Assembly (NCBI RefSeq): GCF_009914755.1
Contig: NC_060927.1
Origin: the human T2T-CHM13v2.0 reference genome, Homo sapiens
Direction: 5' to 3' (one strand)
Length of the DNA: 64,000 nt
Shown here: piece after piece, positions 30,241 to 50,690 of the stretch
Numbering within the stretch: position 1 is the stretch's first letter
How the letters are laid out: the number at the start of each line of letters is the position of its first letter
Notes under the pieces: model-generated
What the model was told of the DNA's origin: nothing
Seen by the model: the letters and a program-made list of their open reading frames with translations, nothing else
Database searches by the model: none
Translations under genes and position numbers: made by a program

Positions 30241-32147
30241 TAGAGAGTTATGTTCTTCTGTACTGGTATCTTTGTATGCCTTTTGCGTTCTAATCATTTA
30301 TTCAACATATATTTGAGTACCTACTACTGTAAGACAGTTTTTGGGCTCTGGTGATACCACAAAATAGAAAAAGTCCTCGTTTTCATGGTGCTTATACTGT
30401 GTGTGTATGCTGGTGTGTGTACATAGTGTGTGTGCTGTGGCAGGTATTTGGGTTTGCTATAATATGTTTACATAGTTACTACACATTTCCTGCCATTTTA
30501 CTGACAGTTAAACTGGGCGGTGTTATCTAAGTCTTTCATCTCTCTAACAAAGTGAAGAGTGAATTCTCCTTGACATTGTGTTCACGGTATCTGGAACCAG
30601 TTTGAATTCTATTCAGGGCTTCAGGTTAAATTCTACATGTTGATTTTAACCCACTTTTCTGTAGCCTGAGGACAGAACTGTTATGATTAAATTTATGGAC
30701 TTCAACCTTACAAGTGGTAATTCAGTTTGTTGTCACAACAATGTTTTCTTTATAAATTTAATTTTGATTACAAACAATATAACTACATTTTCAAAAAATT
30801 GGAAAAGAATAAGATCACCCATATATGATTCAATTGGAAAGCCGTTTTTATACTTTCATAGTCTCTATGGTAACCTATAAGAAAATTCATCATATGACTG
30901 TGAAAGCTCTTTATTGACTGTTTAGAAACAAACTACGAGGCTTTTTCTAACAGTTCAACGCAAAAAAAAATCCTGAAGGTGATCCATATCTTAGTTGTAT
31001 CTCATACCAAAAATAATCTCATTTTTTGTGCCCATGTGCAAGCATAATTTTATTTATGTTCAAATTGGAAACGTGGCCTCTGCCTTCTCATTTATTTTCT
31101 TCTTGGTCAAAAACCTTTTGATTTCTTGGGTGAAATGGAAAGGAATGATGTCAAGTATCAGAAATAAAATATTTCCTCTCTAGGGTGTCTCTAAAACAAA
31201 AAGGGAAGGCAAGCGGCAGGACCTTTAGCTAATTCATTAAAGACAAAGTTGCCTTAGGCAGCCACAAAGAGACTTGTCCAAGGATGTTTGAGACTCTCAA
31301 AGGAATGGAGTACGGAATGATATCAGCTTGAGCTAAAGAATATTCCTTCATCTGAGCAGAAAACATATCTCTAGGTTTCCTGGTAGCTAGGGCAGAGAAT
31401 AAAATGAAAGAGATGTCATACTTCTTTTTGCCTTATAAATGACTGTGTTCCAAAGTGTTGGAAGACTCATTTCTTCCCACCTTTGAACTCTGAAAGGACA
31501 ATTTTTACATGAATCCTTATATATAGGATCATGCACAATGGAATAGGCAATATTCTTGGTAATTGTTTTAACAAAAAAAAAAAAAGGAGAGATTTCTTTA
31601 TTTATTACTCTTTCTTCTATGGTCCCAAATAGGAAGACGATAAAACAAGATGAGGTTCTATAGTCATGTGACAAGAGAAATTCTCTAAAGTCCTGTCTAG
31701 ATTAATAAGTCCATGTGTGATTTTCTTCTTGCCTGGTGTTTTATTTTCCACTGCTCCTGCCTTTGTACTTTTTCTCTGACTCTGTTTCTCTCTTGGGGCT
31801 GAAAGCATCAACTGTGACATGTCATTGTTCAACGAACCATCTTGACAGCGAGAAGAGAATGAGAGCTGTCCTCAGAGGCAGGTCCTGGTGGAGGCAGGAA
31901 GCAGACACCATTTTTCCTTTGATATTCTTTCGCTTCTCCATGCCATTTCGATATTGCCACCACCTGTTGGTCCTCACTGCTCTCTGGGCATACAACTTCC
32001 CACTGCCGTGTCCTAGCCAGGCTCACCTTCTCAAACACTGCCACAGCTTTAAAATTACCTCTTTTTATTTTCTATCAAATCTTCTCTTTCCTCTGGGTTG
32101 AGTGAAGCATCAAAAGGAAATTATGTCTATCAATCCAAGTTCGATCA

Positions 32148-32315
<168 letters not shown>

Positions 32316-32358
32316 TTAGCTGGGTGTGTTGGCAGACGCCTGTAATCCCAGCTACTCA

Positions 32359-32508
<150 letters not shown>

Positions 32509-33041
32509 TTAGACCTTACACAATGATGGGGGGAGCTGGGAAGTGAAGGTTGGAAAGAAGTGAGATCAGAGAGTCATCCATCTGGATCTGAGAAGTAGAT
32601 CCCACTGTCAAATTCAAGAAGCTGTTAGAGAAGTCTACAAAAAGCACCTGCCTGCATTGGCTATGGGTCCACACCAAGCATCAGCTGATAAGGCTGGGGC
32701 TGCTGCTGGTCATCGGGGCCAGCACTTGATAGGAAAGCTGGTCACAGAGTGTGGAGGGCAAGGACAAGCTGGAACCCACTGGGCACTTCTGCATCTGCCA
32801 CTGCACCTAACCACAATGACCTTCTGAGAGGAGTGGCTGCAGCTTCTCCTCCACCTCCCAAATTTTGTGCAAATTACTCTTTTAGCGAACTCTAATCTGA
32901 GACCACTAAGAAAGAGGATTCTGGGCCGGGTGCAGTGGCTCATGCTTGTAATCCCAGCACTTTGGGAGGCTGAAGTGGGCAGATCACCTGAGGTCAGCAG
33001 TTTGAGATCAGCCTGACCAACATAGTGAAACCCCATCTCTA

Positions 33042-33466
<425 letters not shown>

Positions 33467-33492
33467 TCAGGAGATCGAGACCATCCTGGCTA

Positions 33493-33957
<465 letters not shown>

Positions 33958-34831
33958 TCACTTTCTAGTAAAGAAGAAGGTTTTTAGTTCAAAGAGGTCT
34001 CAGGCACCGACAGGCCAATATGGGCCAGGGAGTTATTTTCCTGGTGCCCTAGTTTACTTGCTCCAGAGCTTTGCAACTTTTCCACCAACAAACCCAACTC
34101 CTAATTCTAGAGGACGGTAAGTGTCCTTTAGTAGACCCTGGACGACTAGGCTCATAGTCCAGAGGAGCCCCCCACGAACTCATAATCTCTTTGAAGTCTT
34201 CTGTTCCATCTTCTTTAGTACTGCAAATCTTGACTCTTACCTTGCAATACAGTATATGTGTGCTTGTTTAGTATAAAAGTAAATTTTGTTTAAAAGACAG
34301 GGTCTCACTCTGTCATCCAGGCTGGAGTGCAGTGGCATGATCATAGCTCACTGCAGCCTCAAACTCCTGGATCCTCAAGCGATCCTCCTGCCTTAGCCTC
34401 CCAGGAATGAGCCATCGTGCCTGGCTTCAGTCCCCATTAATCTTTGTTGCCACCCAGTAGTGCCAACCTTTGCATGCTGTACTACCTGTTAGTGTTTTGT
34501 CTGGCTTCCTAGGTAATCTGTGAGCATCTCAGTGGCAGATATTGTCAGAAACATACCCATTCCCTCTTCTTCCTTGCTAACAGAAGACCAATGTTATTTG
34601 GAGGAATCATGACTAGTCTAAACCAGTCATGGAAATCTCATTGTCCTCTGCCAGTGAGTGATAAGGCTGAGCACCTGACTCATTTCTGGTCATTAGGATG
34701 TACAGAGAAATCTGCTGAGAAGCTTCTGGGAAACATTTCATTTCTTAAAAAAAGAAATATACCTTGAGAAATGTCTTATCAAAGAAGAGACTTTTGAATA
34801 TTACATCCCTTGCTTCCTGCTCTGGACATAG

Positions 34832-35266
<435 letters not shown>

Positions 35267-35359
35267 TGAGCAAATCAAACCAAATACCTTTAGAAATTTT
35301 TCTTTATAAACATGTTCTTAGGGTTTATGTTACCTTTAGAGAACTACCCTGAAGGGACC

Positions 35360-35730
35360 TGCTATGAGCTGAACTGTATCCCTCAAAAATTCATATGCTG
35401 AAGCCCAAAACCCCAATGTGGTGATATTTGGAGATGGAGCTTTGGGAGGTAATCGGGTTAGATGTGGTCATAAGAGTAGGGGCCTCGTGATGGGATTAGT
35501 ACCCTTATAAGAAGAGACACCAGAGAGGATGCTTCCTCTCTCTTTCCATCAGGTGAGGACACAATGAGAAGGCCACTATCTGCAAGCCAGGAGAAGAGCC
35601 CTCGCCACAAACTGAGCCATCCAGACCTTGTTCCTGGACTTCAGTCTCCAGAACTGTGAGAAATAAATATCTGGTGTTTAAGCCACTCAGTCTATATTTT
35701 GTTATAGCAGTCCAAGTTGATGAAAATAGG
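35360..35730 (+). mobile_element. MaLR LTR (MLT1A/MST-like)
   Basis: tgctatgagctgaactgtatccctcaaaaattcatatgctgaag...cagtctccagaactgtgagaaataaa...tttgttatagcag. Confidence 0.85.
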
Positions 35731-36161
35731 ACTCTAATTGGTATATACTTAAGTAGCTAATATTATGCTTACCATATGCTAGACATGCTCTAAGTACATT
35801 AAAAGTACCAACTCATTGAAATCTACACTTTTCCAGTGAAGTGGGTGCAATTATAACCATACTCATCACATACATAAGGAATTTGAGGCACGGCAAGGTT
35901 AAGTAACATGCCCCAAATCACAAAGCTAGTAAGTAGTAGAACTAGGCTTTGAACCAGGTTTGTCTGGGTCCTGAGTTCACACTCTCAACCACTATCCTCC
36001 ACTGCATTTTGAGGCCGCCCTGTGCCGTATTCATCCTAAAATTCTCAAAGGCTGGCACAGTGCCTGACACATATTAATGCATATATTGAACACTGATGTG
36101 CAAAGCAATCTCCTAATTTTGTCAACAATCATCTACTTTCATCCTCATAACGACCTTATTA

Positions 36162-36255
36162 ACAGGGTGACTAATCACCCTGATTTGCCTGGGACTGAGT
36201 GGGGATTTTGGGATGCTGGACTTTCCATTGAAAACTGGGACAGGTTGGTCACCCT
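36162..36255. mobile_element. Small hAT-Blackjack MITE (MER81/MER94-like)
   Basis: TIRs agggtgac ... gtcaccct with internal gggac motifs. Confidence 0.7.
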
Positions 36256-38702
36256 ACCTATTCGGTCAGTTCATGCTTGCATTGTGACTTTTATTAGCCC
36301 TACACACTTTTACCTTCATGAGCCCCTCACACCATCATAAATGTTTGAGTACCCTAGAAAATTAATTTTTTATGATGTGAGAAAAAATTAAAACATTTTC
36401 TTCAATGCAAAAGGTTCATTTTTTTCTGATTTTAAAAGAAATCAAATCATTTAATAGATCCTAAAAAGATTTTGGGTCCTAGTCATTGTGCCTATGTGGA
36501 TGAATTGACTCTGCGTTAGTTCTGTCATAATCCCCATTTCACAGACAGCTTAAGCAAACTGCCAATAATCCTTCATCTAGAAAATGATGGAGCCAGAATT
36601 TGAATTCTTGCTGTCTAACTCCAGTTAAGAGCGTATGCTCTTAACTGCTACTTCAGTGTTTTCCAAACATTTTTTATGTTGACCCATAATTTAAAAAAAA
36701 TAAACCTTATAGCACAGTGCAATACTCATATGCACACACACAACACACATAGGTAACTCAATCAAAAGTTTCATGTAACAATATTTACCTTTGCTACACT
36801 AATTTGCACTGATGTTTTCTATTCAATCGTATTTGATTCTATTTCATTTTTTAAAATGCTGCTTACAGCCCAATATATTGAGTTCATGACCCTTCAATAT
36901 ATAGTTGCCCACAGCTTGAGAAATACTACACTCCACTACAATATCATTTAATAAATATTTGTTGAGTAAAGTTCCTGGGTGCAAGGACAGGGTAGGGACA
37001 TCACCCAACACAAATATTTTTAGCCAAATAACTATCAGTTTCATCTGTCTCTTTAACAACTGAAATAACATGAAAAGGAAACGTGTGTTATTTTAGAAAC
37101 ACAATGCCAATGGTTGATTTAAGATTTTACAGTATCTGCTTCCTGGAAAGAATGTGATGAGAGCTTCGATTTTATACGGGTTTGTCTTGAAGAAGTTTTA
37201 ATATTTCATCTTTCTTCAGCAGTTCTTAAGATAGGGCATTAAAAGGTCCTTAAGAAAACTCATGAACCCAGAGGCTAAAATGACACAGCTCAGTCTTTGG
37301 TCTGTGCATGTCTATTTTCTCCTTGATTAATCAAACACGAGGCTTTCACTGGGTTGCTTTAACTGTGTCCTACGGAAAAATGTGACTTTCAAGCTGACTA
37401 GGTAGATAAATAAGGTTACTAGACGCCAAATACAGATCAAGCAATGTAAATACGCTTTCTGGCTGATTTAAAATCACTCTGAAGCCTGTAGGACTTCAGA
37501 ACCCCTAAACAAAGATGCTGACACATCATTAGTTATTCTCAAGCAACACTGACGGAGTGACTTCCTTCTACGTCTGGGGACTAGTCTCGATACTGAAAGT
37601 AGCACAAAGCCTTCATTCACTAGGACCTTCTGACAACCAGCAGTACATTTGACGCCGAAACTAGCACTGGGCACCAAAAGGCAGTTGGTAAATGATGGAT
37701 GGGAAAAGAGTTGCTTGAAGGAATGAATGAACATTAGTGAGAAGATCTCAAATCAAGGAAGTTCAGACCAAGAAGACATAAAACCCAGGTGTTTGAAGTG
37801 GGGCTCAGAAAAGGAGGGAAGGCAAGAAGAGGAAGGGCAAGGAAAGGTTAAGGGTCATGGTGTCATGGGAAGGGCTCAGGGCCAGCAGGGAGGAGCCTAC
37901 ATTCTGTTGACCTTGATGTCTAGCTTGCTGTGATTTTGGCAATAGCCTTCACTTTTCTGAGCCCCAGTTTCCTCAACCGTAAATTGAGGTGTCTACCCAA
38001 TGACATCAAAGTCTCCTTTCAGCCTTTAATTTCAGAATCCATGGAATCACAGAATCCACAGAATCATGAACTCACAGGCCAAGAGGGCAACAGTTATAGG
38101 TAGAAGGCAGGGAGGAGGGCCCCTTGGAAATTTTGACTTTAGAAAGGGTTTCTCGAGCCCAAAGATGTTAGGACCTTACATTTTCACTGAATGCACTGCT
38201 TTTCTGGAGCTGGGTTTCAGAATCCCACTTCCTGCACCAATTTGCCAGATACCCTAGGAGAAGCCTCAGCATCCTCTGTACTTCTTTAATGTTCCCAATT
38301 GTAATTACAATTGTGCCAGGCATTGTGCTACATTCTGTACGTGCATAATCCCATTTTGTCCTTACAGCAGCCTGTAAGGTAGACTATACTTTATTATGCT
38401 GCAGATGGGTAGAGAGGGCTCAGAAAGGTTAAGTGACACACCCTAAATTTTTCAGCTGGGAAGTGGTAGAGGTTGGACTTGAACCCCCAGTTATGTTTGT
38501 CTCCAATTTCCACACTCTTGCTACAGCACCAGGCTGCACAAGTCTCAAGGTTTGCAAAAACGAGTCCCTTCCCACCCTGCCTATTTACAGAAATGTCAGG
38601 AAGATTAATGATACATCCCATTTGACACTTTTTATTTCTTTATAGTTTATAGCCTACTTACTTTCAAAAATGGATCTGAGGCACCTCAAAATATTAAAAC
38701 AA

Positions 38703-39008
38703 GCTGGATGTGGTGGATCACATCTGTAATCCCTACATTTTGGGAGGCTGAGTCAGGAAGATCACTTAAGCCCAGAAGTTCGAGACCAGCCTGAGCAACA
38801 TAGTGAGACCCCCATCTCCACAAAAAATAAAAATAAAAATAAATTCTCCAAGGGTAGTGACACAAACCTGTAGTCACAGCTACTCAGGAGGCTAAAGTGG
38901 GAGGACTGCTTGAACCCAAATCTTTGAGGCTGCAGTGAGCTATGACTGCGCCACTGCTCTCCGCCTGGGCAACAGAGTGAGATGCTGTCTTTAAAAAAGA
39001 AAAAGAAA
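38703..39008 (+). mobile_element. AluJ-like
   Basis: TSD aaaatattaaaaca on both sides. Confidence 0.92.
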
Positions 39009-39661
39009 ATATTAAAACACATAATATAGGACAGTTTTTAAAATTTAACACACACACACACACACACACACACAAATGAATGTAGGCCTAAAAAAAATCA
39101 CAAAACCAAAATGAGACTCATAGTCTAGTTAAGAGTAATGTACCAATGTCAGTGTCCTAGTTTGTTATTGTACTATGGCTATGTAAGATGTCTTTTTGCG
39201 GGGAAGCTGGGTTTAGTGTACATGAGACTTTTCATGTTATTTTTGAAACTATGAGTCTATTATTATTTCAAATAACAAGTTTTTAAAAATATATAAATAG
39301 AGATTAAGGAGAGATGGAATAATTTATGGCAACTCTCTATGAGTCTATTATTATTTCAAATAACAAGTTTTGAAAGTATATAAATAGATAGATATTGAGA
39401 AATCTGGAATAATGTAATGAATAAATTTTTACCAGGAACCTGGGATGTCACGTCAGAAACTATGAGACCCTCATCCCAATCTATTTCCTCTTCTTCCTGG
39501 GCACACAGTTAGATTATATTTTTCAGCCTCCTTTGAATTAAGAATGGCCACGTAGCTGAGTTCTGGCCGACAGAATGTGGGGAGTGGATGGGTACTATTT
39601 CCAGGCCTAGCCTGCAAAAACCTTTCAAGTGCCTTCTTCCATGCTCTTTCCCTTCCTACTA

Positions 39662-40085
<424 letters not shown>

Positions 40086-40094
40086 CTTCTAGTA

Positions 40095-41250
40095 ATTTCA
40101 ACCACTCTTTGCACATCCTTTTTGCACTCTTAAAGCATATTGAGATCCTACAAAGTTTTGTGTATGTAGGCTATATCCATTGATATTTACTGTACTAGAA
40201 ATGAAAACTGAAAAAAAATTAAAAGGTTTATTAATTCATTAAAGAAGAATAATAAACCATTACACATTGACATAAATAATGTATTTTATGAAAAATAACT
40301 ATATTTTCCCCCAAAATTACATTTTTGCAAATCTCTTTAATGTCTGGCTTAAAATAGAAGACAGCTAGATTCTCACATCTGCTTCTGCGTTCAATCTGTG
40401 AGATAAATTTTAGTTTATGTATATTAAAAAAATTCCAGCCTCACATATACATAGTAGAAAAAGAGGAGTATTTTAAAAGCTTTTTCCAGATAATTGTGGA
40501 TATTCCTCTTTGATACTACATCTAAACTGGACAAGTGATCATTTCTTAAAGGTTAGTTTTGCAGTGTGAAATCTGAAACCATATCAGTGAACTTTTCATA
40601 TTGCATTACCTCAAAATCCATTGGTTTATCTTGTACTTTGAATGGACCTTTTACTCATACATGATTTTGTAACATCATCCTTTGGTCATTTGGAAAATAG
40701 TAGTTCACTAAGTTATACAGATCTTCCAAATGTTGACACATTTTATTATGCAATACAGATTTGAAAAGCCTACATTTGTTAATATCACCACCAGCAGTAT
40801 CAGAAGTCTTCAAGTAGTGGAAAGATGGAAAGTTCATAATGGCAGATACAAGTTTTCCAAAATTCTAATTTTCATCTGAAAGCTTGAATATTATTATTGG
40901 CAATAAACATTGTCCATTTATTTTCCTTAAAGTGACAGGCTCACTTTGTTCAAGAAAATGTCTGCCCAATACTCAAGCCTGAGTAATGATAGTGGGGCTG
41001 TCAGTCATTCTTTCAAGTAAAACTAAAATTCTGTGAAAAAGCATCTAGTTCATTCAGCTCACATCTCAATTGCATAAGTGCTTTCCCCCAAGACAACCAT
41101 TGAGTATTTCAGTGTGCAACAGCAGTGCTTTGTGCATCTGTCCCATTCTGGTTCACAGAATATCAAAAACATGGGCATTCAAGAGTAGTAGTTTAATAAT
41201 ATCAATAATTTTTACTGCTTATCGAAGATATTCTTAAGTAAAACTGGCTT
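40095..41250. mobile_element. hAT Charlie1-like DNA transposon fragment
   Basis: ttgcactcttaaag...ttgatatttactgtactagaaatgaaaactga...aaatctctttaatgtctggcttaa..agaagacagctagattctc; minus-strand ORF 40655-40837 (KMCQHLEDLYNLVNYYFPNDQ) is transposase-like. Confidence 0.75.
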
Positions 41251-41270
41251 TCTTTTTAAATTTATTTTAA

Positions 41271-45135
<3,865 letters not shown>

Positions 45136-45136
45136 T

Positions 45137-45710
45137 TGATGATTAGTTTTAGGTGTTAATGTGACTGGATTAAGGGATACCCAGATAGCCAATAAAGCAT
45201 TATTTCTGGATCTGTCTGTAAGAATATTTCTGGAAAAGACTGGCACTTGAATCAGTAGACTGAGTAAGGAAGATCAGCCCTCACCCAATGTGCAAGCACC
45301 AACCAGTTGGTTGAGGGCCCAAATAGAAAAAAAAGGCAGAGGAAGGACAATTTGCTCTCTCTCTTCTGGAGGTGGGACACCCATCTTCTCCTGCCCTTGG
45401 ACATCAGAACTCTAGGTTCTCTGGCCTTTGGACTCCAGGCCTTATACCAGCAGCTCCCCAGGTTCTCAGGCCTTCAGCCTCTGACTGAGAGTTACACCAT
45501 CGGGTCTCCTTGTTCTCAGCCTCTGACTTTAGACGAAGCCATGCTATCAGTTTCTTTGGTTCACCAGCTCACAGATGGCATACCGTGGGACTACTCAGCC
45601 TTGTGATGACATAAGCAAATTCCCTCATAAATCCCGTCTCATAGATCTCTATCTAACTCCTACCTACCTATGTACCTATATCCTACTGGTGCTCTGGAGA
45701 AGCATGATTA
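45137..45710 (+). mobile_element. MLT2-type 3' LTR of the ERV-L
   Basis: tgatgattagttttaggtgttaatgtgactggattaagggatacccag...ttggacatcagaactctaggttctctggcctttggactc...tcctactggtgctctggagaa. Confidence 0.85.
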
Positions 45711-46230
45711 ACAGGTGGACACCTGACTCCAGAGGGTCAGTCCGAATTTTTTCTCCCAAGAATGTGGATTTGATCCTAAAATGAATGAGTCAGTTTCTGC
45801 TGGTTGCTTCACTCATAGACGGGCCAGCTCAAGATCTGCAAGTGGGCCTTTCCTCCACAGGGGTAGGGAAGTCTAGAAGTCTGCTCTACAGGAGAGGCAG
45901 GAACCTGACACGCAGGCAGAGGAGAGATAGATGTCACAGCTTTGAGGAGTCAGAGGAAAGCTCTGCCTTCCTTTCCAGATTCTGTCCAGCTCCGGGTCCC
46001 AGGCCTCAGGAGACCCTATTGCCTGGTTCCAGGAAACCTTGGTATGTGCCCAAACCTCCTTCTTTTATTAAACTAGCTCACATTTGACTAGGACCCACGT
46101 TGCTCCTCTTATACCCCAAGTGTATCCTTCAAGTCTGAGCACAAATGCCCCCTGCTTGGAGAAGCCCTCACTCACTTTCAGGAAAAGTAAGCCATTTTCT
46201 GCCCAAGACCCAAAACTACCAAATTCATCC

Positions 46231-46600
46231 TATACTACCATATTCACAACATACTACCACAATCACCCTATATGACTACCTTCATGCTATGCTACCACAG
46301 CCATCACCCAATGCTACCACACTCACCCTGTGCTGCCAGTCACCCTATGTTACCACATTCATCCTGGACTACCCCAGTCAACTAGACTACCACATTCACC
46401 TTATGCTATCACAGTCACCAGTACTACTGCCTCACATTGTACTACCATTCACTCACTACTGCAATCTCCCTGTACTACCACAGTCATCCTACGCCACCAC
46501 ATTCACCTTATGTACCACAGTCACATTGTATTACCCCTCCACTCACTTCCACAGGCACCCTGGACTACCACATTCACACCCTACTATCACAGTTATACTG
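46231..46600. repeat. Degenerate ~17-22 bp minisatellite, about 20 units, consensus near TRTRCTACCACAKTCACCC
   Basis: Units such as tatgttaccacattcatcc, tagactaccacattcacct, tgtactaccacagtcatcc, tggactaccacattcacac. Confidence 0.85.
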
Positions 46601-47723
46601 CCATCACTTCCCTTGGGCCCATGGGCGTTATTTGTCTTATTATTATACTTGTGCCCTCAGATGACATGATAATGTCCCATTCAAGCCCCTTCTCCTAATG
46701 TCTGAAACATCACCTCATACCTAATAGGAGCTAAGCAGATATTACTGAGTAAGTCAGAAGGATGGTAAATCAATGAATGGGGAAATCACTGGACTACTAT
46801 TTAAAGATTCTTATTCAACTCTGTGGGTTTAAAATTTTCTTCTACTATTTATAAGAATGAGAACGCAGGCACCATGAGAGCAGCACCCAGCACAGCGCCC
46901 AGCCTGGCAGACACTCAATAAACATGGGTTGGATGAATGAGTTAGGGAGTAGGTATGTGAGTAGGTGTTTGGACTGCTAAAAACTAAGTCCTAAACTTCT
47001 GAAGCTCCTTGCCCGTGGATGGTAATTTCTAAATGCTATCCATAACTCTTACCCTACTATCTGCACCCCCTTTTACGAATACCTACAGAAGGACATTAAG
47101 TGGTCATTCAGAAAGAGTGGTGGGGCCCCAGTTAATCCTACTCCCGCTTGCATTACCACACTCCTGAGCAAGGCAGGTCGTCCCTTAAACTCTGCTGTTG
47201 TGCCTCCTCTTTCTTTCATCATCTTGGGAAAAAGTATGTTTCTCTGAAGATACCTGGCCTTTCTTGCTGAGGAAGTCTTCTCTCTTTCTCTTCTCTTTCT
47301 CTCCTCCTGCACTTCTTCCTTCTGACATGTCTGGGCCCTGACACTCTCTTGTCCCACCTCTCACCATCCATTCTGACCAGGAGCCCCTGGTAAATTCTTT
47401 GCCTTGGCTCTGGCTGAGGCAGAAGGAAGAAGAAAGTGTGATTCTATTAATTCCTATAATAGACGTTTGTTGAATGCTCACTGTGCTTCCCATGTTCAGG
47501 AGTCGTTGGAAAGATAACCTTGGATTCCACAGTCCTTGTTTTTGTGTGACTTAGTTTTAGGGAGAAAACAGATATTCAACTTCCACTGAATTAAAAACAA
47601 TACTTTCCCCACAAAGGAGTGGTGGCTAAATGGAATTTTACAAAGATCTCCCAAGTACTGATGGATACATGCACAGATTAGATAAATTTAGACCAAACTA
47701 GGATAGTTGTAACAACATGGTGT

Positions 47724-48200
47724 ATGTATTAAACTGCTACGGCTGCCATAACAAAGTACCACTGGCTGGGTGGCTTAAACAACAGAAACGTATTTCCTCC
47801 CAGTTCTGGAGGCTAAGTCTAAGATCAGGGCGCCATCAGGGTTGATCTCTTCTGAGGCCCCTGTCCTGGGCTTGCCGATGGCCAGCTTCTTGCTGCCTCT
47901 TCACAAGGTCATCTATCTTTTCCTGGGCTTCCCTGATGTCTCTCTGCATGTCCTAATCTCCTCTTCTTATAAGGACACCAGTCACATTGGATTAGGACCC
48001 ATTCTAATGGCCTCATTTTAACTTAATCACCTCTTTCAAGGCCTAAGAATCTGAGACCAGCCTGGGCAATAAAGCGAGACCCTGTCCCTATAAGAAATAA
48101 ACAAATATATAAATGCTATCTCCAGATACAGTCACATTCTGAGGTACTCGGGATTAAGGCTTCAACATACGAATCTGGAAGGCATTCAGCCCATAACACT
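47724..48200 (-). mobile_element. MaLR LTR (MLT1A0-like) with a short Alu fragment at ~48045-48115
   Basis: ggctgccataacaaagtaccactggctgggtggcttaaacaacagaaa...cttataaggacaccagtcacattggattagg. Confidence 0.85.
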
Positions 48201-48364
48201 ATATAATAGCCAAACACGCTAGACCCAGCCTAAATATCTAAGGATAGGATAACGACTGAGCTCATTCAACAAATATATACTGTGTGCTCACAGGGTCAGC
48301 TACTACACCGGATGCAGAGTCCTTCTCCACAGTCTGGTGGTGGCAGTGGGGACAAATTATAAGT

Positions 48365-48590
48365 GAGGCAGCCTAGCATGGTGCTTGTAGGCATGGACTC
48401 TGGATGCAGACTTCCTCGCTCCCCCACCTACCAGCTGGGTGATCAAGGGCAAGATATTTAACTTCTGTGCCTCAGTTTCCTCATTTGTAAAATGGGGTTA
48501 ATACTGGTACTTACCTCATAGACATGTTTTTTGTAAAGCTTTTGGAACAGTAGCTTAGGCGCATAGCCCTATATGAGTGGTAAATAAATA
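48365..48590 (+). mobile_element. MIR SINE
   Basis: ttaacttctgtgcctcagtttcctcatttgtaaaatgggg core. Confidence 0.8.
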
Positions 48591-48634
48591 AATTTGCAAA
48601 TATCCGTGTGAATCTGGCATTGAAAATGAGGTTT

Positions 48635-49025
48635 GTTGTAGACTGAAATATTGGCCGCAATGTCACCTCTCCCTGTATCCAGGCCCTCTGCTGTGTAACT
48701 CTGCAGTTCCTCCACAAATAGTGGAGTCTACTTCTTTGTCCCTTGACTTTAAGCTCACCATGTGACATGCTCTGGCCACTGGGATGTTAGCAGCTGTGAA
48801 ATAAGTAGAGGTATGAGGTGTGCCAGCTGGGTGTGTCCCCTCGCGTTTCCCTCACCATCCTAGGATCATGCCAGAACTAGCTTGCTGATCCTAGGGGCAG
48901 GACAGAGACGTGGGGACCAGAGTCACCTCAGCTGATCCACAAACACCTAAGTGAGAACTCCATGCTTATTGTTTTATATCCCGAGACTTTGATGTTGTTT
49001 GTTATGCAGCAATAATTGACTAATA
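48635..49025 (+). mobile_element. Old MLT1-like LTR
   Basis: ccatgtgacatgctctggccactgggatgttagc...gttgtttgttatgcagcaataattgactaata. Confidence 0.7.
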
Positions 49026-49919
49026 GAAGGTTGACTGAGACTACTTAATAACAAGGGGAAATGTTCCCAACAAATTATTAAGTGGTAGAAAACCAAATAA
49101 TAAACAATTTGCACAGTAAGATCATATTTTTCTTTTAAATAAATGCGCACCTATGCGTGTGTGTATGTGATGTATCCCTGAAAAAATATAGACCAAAATG
49201 TTATTCAGTAGTTATCCCTGTTGACAGTAATTTTTAATTTTTGTTTATCTTTTTCTATGCTTCAAACGAGCCACATGGCCATATTTTGATTTTATAAATA
49301 GATTGTGAAATATTAATTGAGAAGATATCTAGACGAATGAATCACCAAAGGTGGCCAGGTAGGTAGAAGCAGCCCCTCCATGGTGCCTGTTCTCACATCC
49401 CCGACTTTGGCCCAGATTCTTTGGTGGTGAATCTTCACTACACCTGCACTACAGTGGGCTTGGAGGCCACACAGAATGTCTGCGATTGTCGGAGTCCAGA
49501 AAGCAATGTGTAAGATAGCCTTTCAAGGTGATAACTTGTTAAGATTCCTTGGAGCCCTCTGATGGGTTCCTGTGGGTCTTGGAACACGGAATTTAAATGC
49601 AATTTGGGCACATGCCAGGTCAGTGCAGAAATTAAAAGTTACATTTAGTTTAAGAGCAAAACAGGAGAGAACCTGAGGAACAAGTCTGAAATATCTCATC
49701 TGCTTGCAGCAGTGATTTCATTTTAGTCTGCAATATTCCAGCCATGCATTGGCTTCCTCAGTGGGACCAGTCCTAGTAAATGGAACCTGCATGGATAAGG
49801 CTCGGCTTCTTCAGCAAAGGCAGTCTAAACCGTACGGCCTTCACTCCATCTCACTCTGGATTCAGAATCCAGACTGCCACCGCAAGTGGCTTCCAGATCT
49901 TCCTAGAAGAGACTGTTGC

Positions 49920-50690
<771 letters not shown>

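Noticed and set aside
46145-46698. CRISPR-like array or His/Thr/Tyr-rich protein
   Set aside because: Units are contiguous and degenerate with no unique spacers and no cas genes, in a eukaryotic context; ORFs reflect repeat composition
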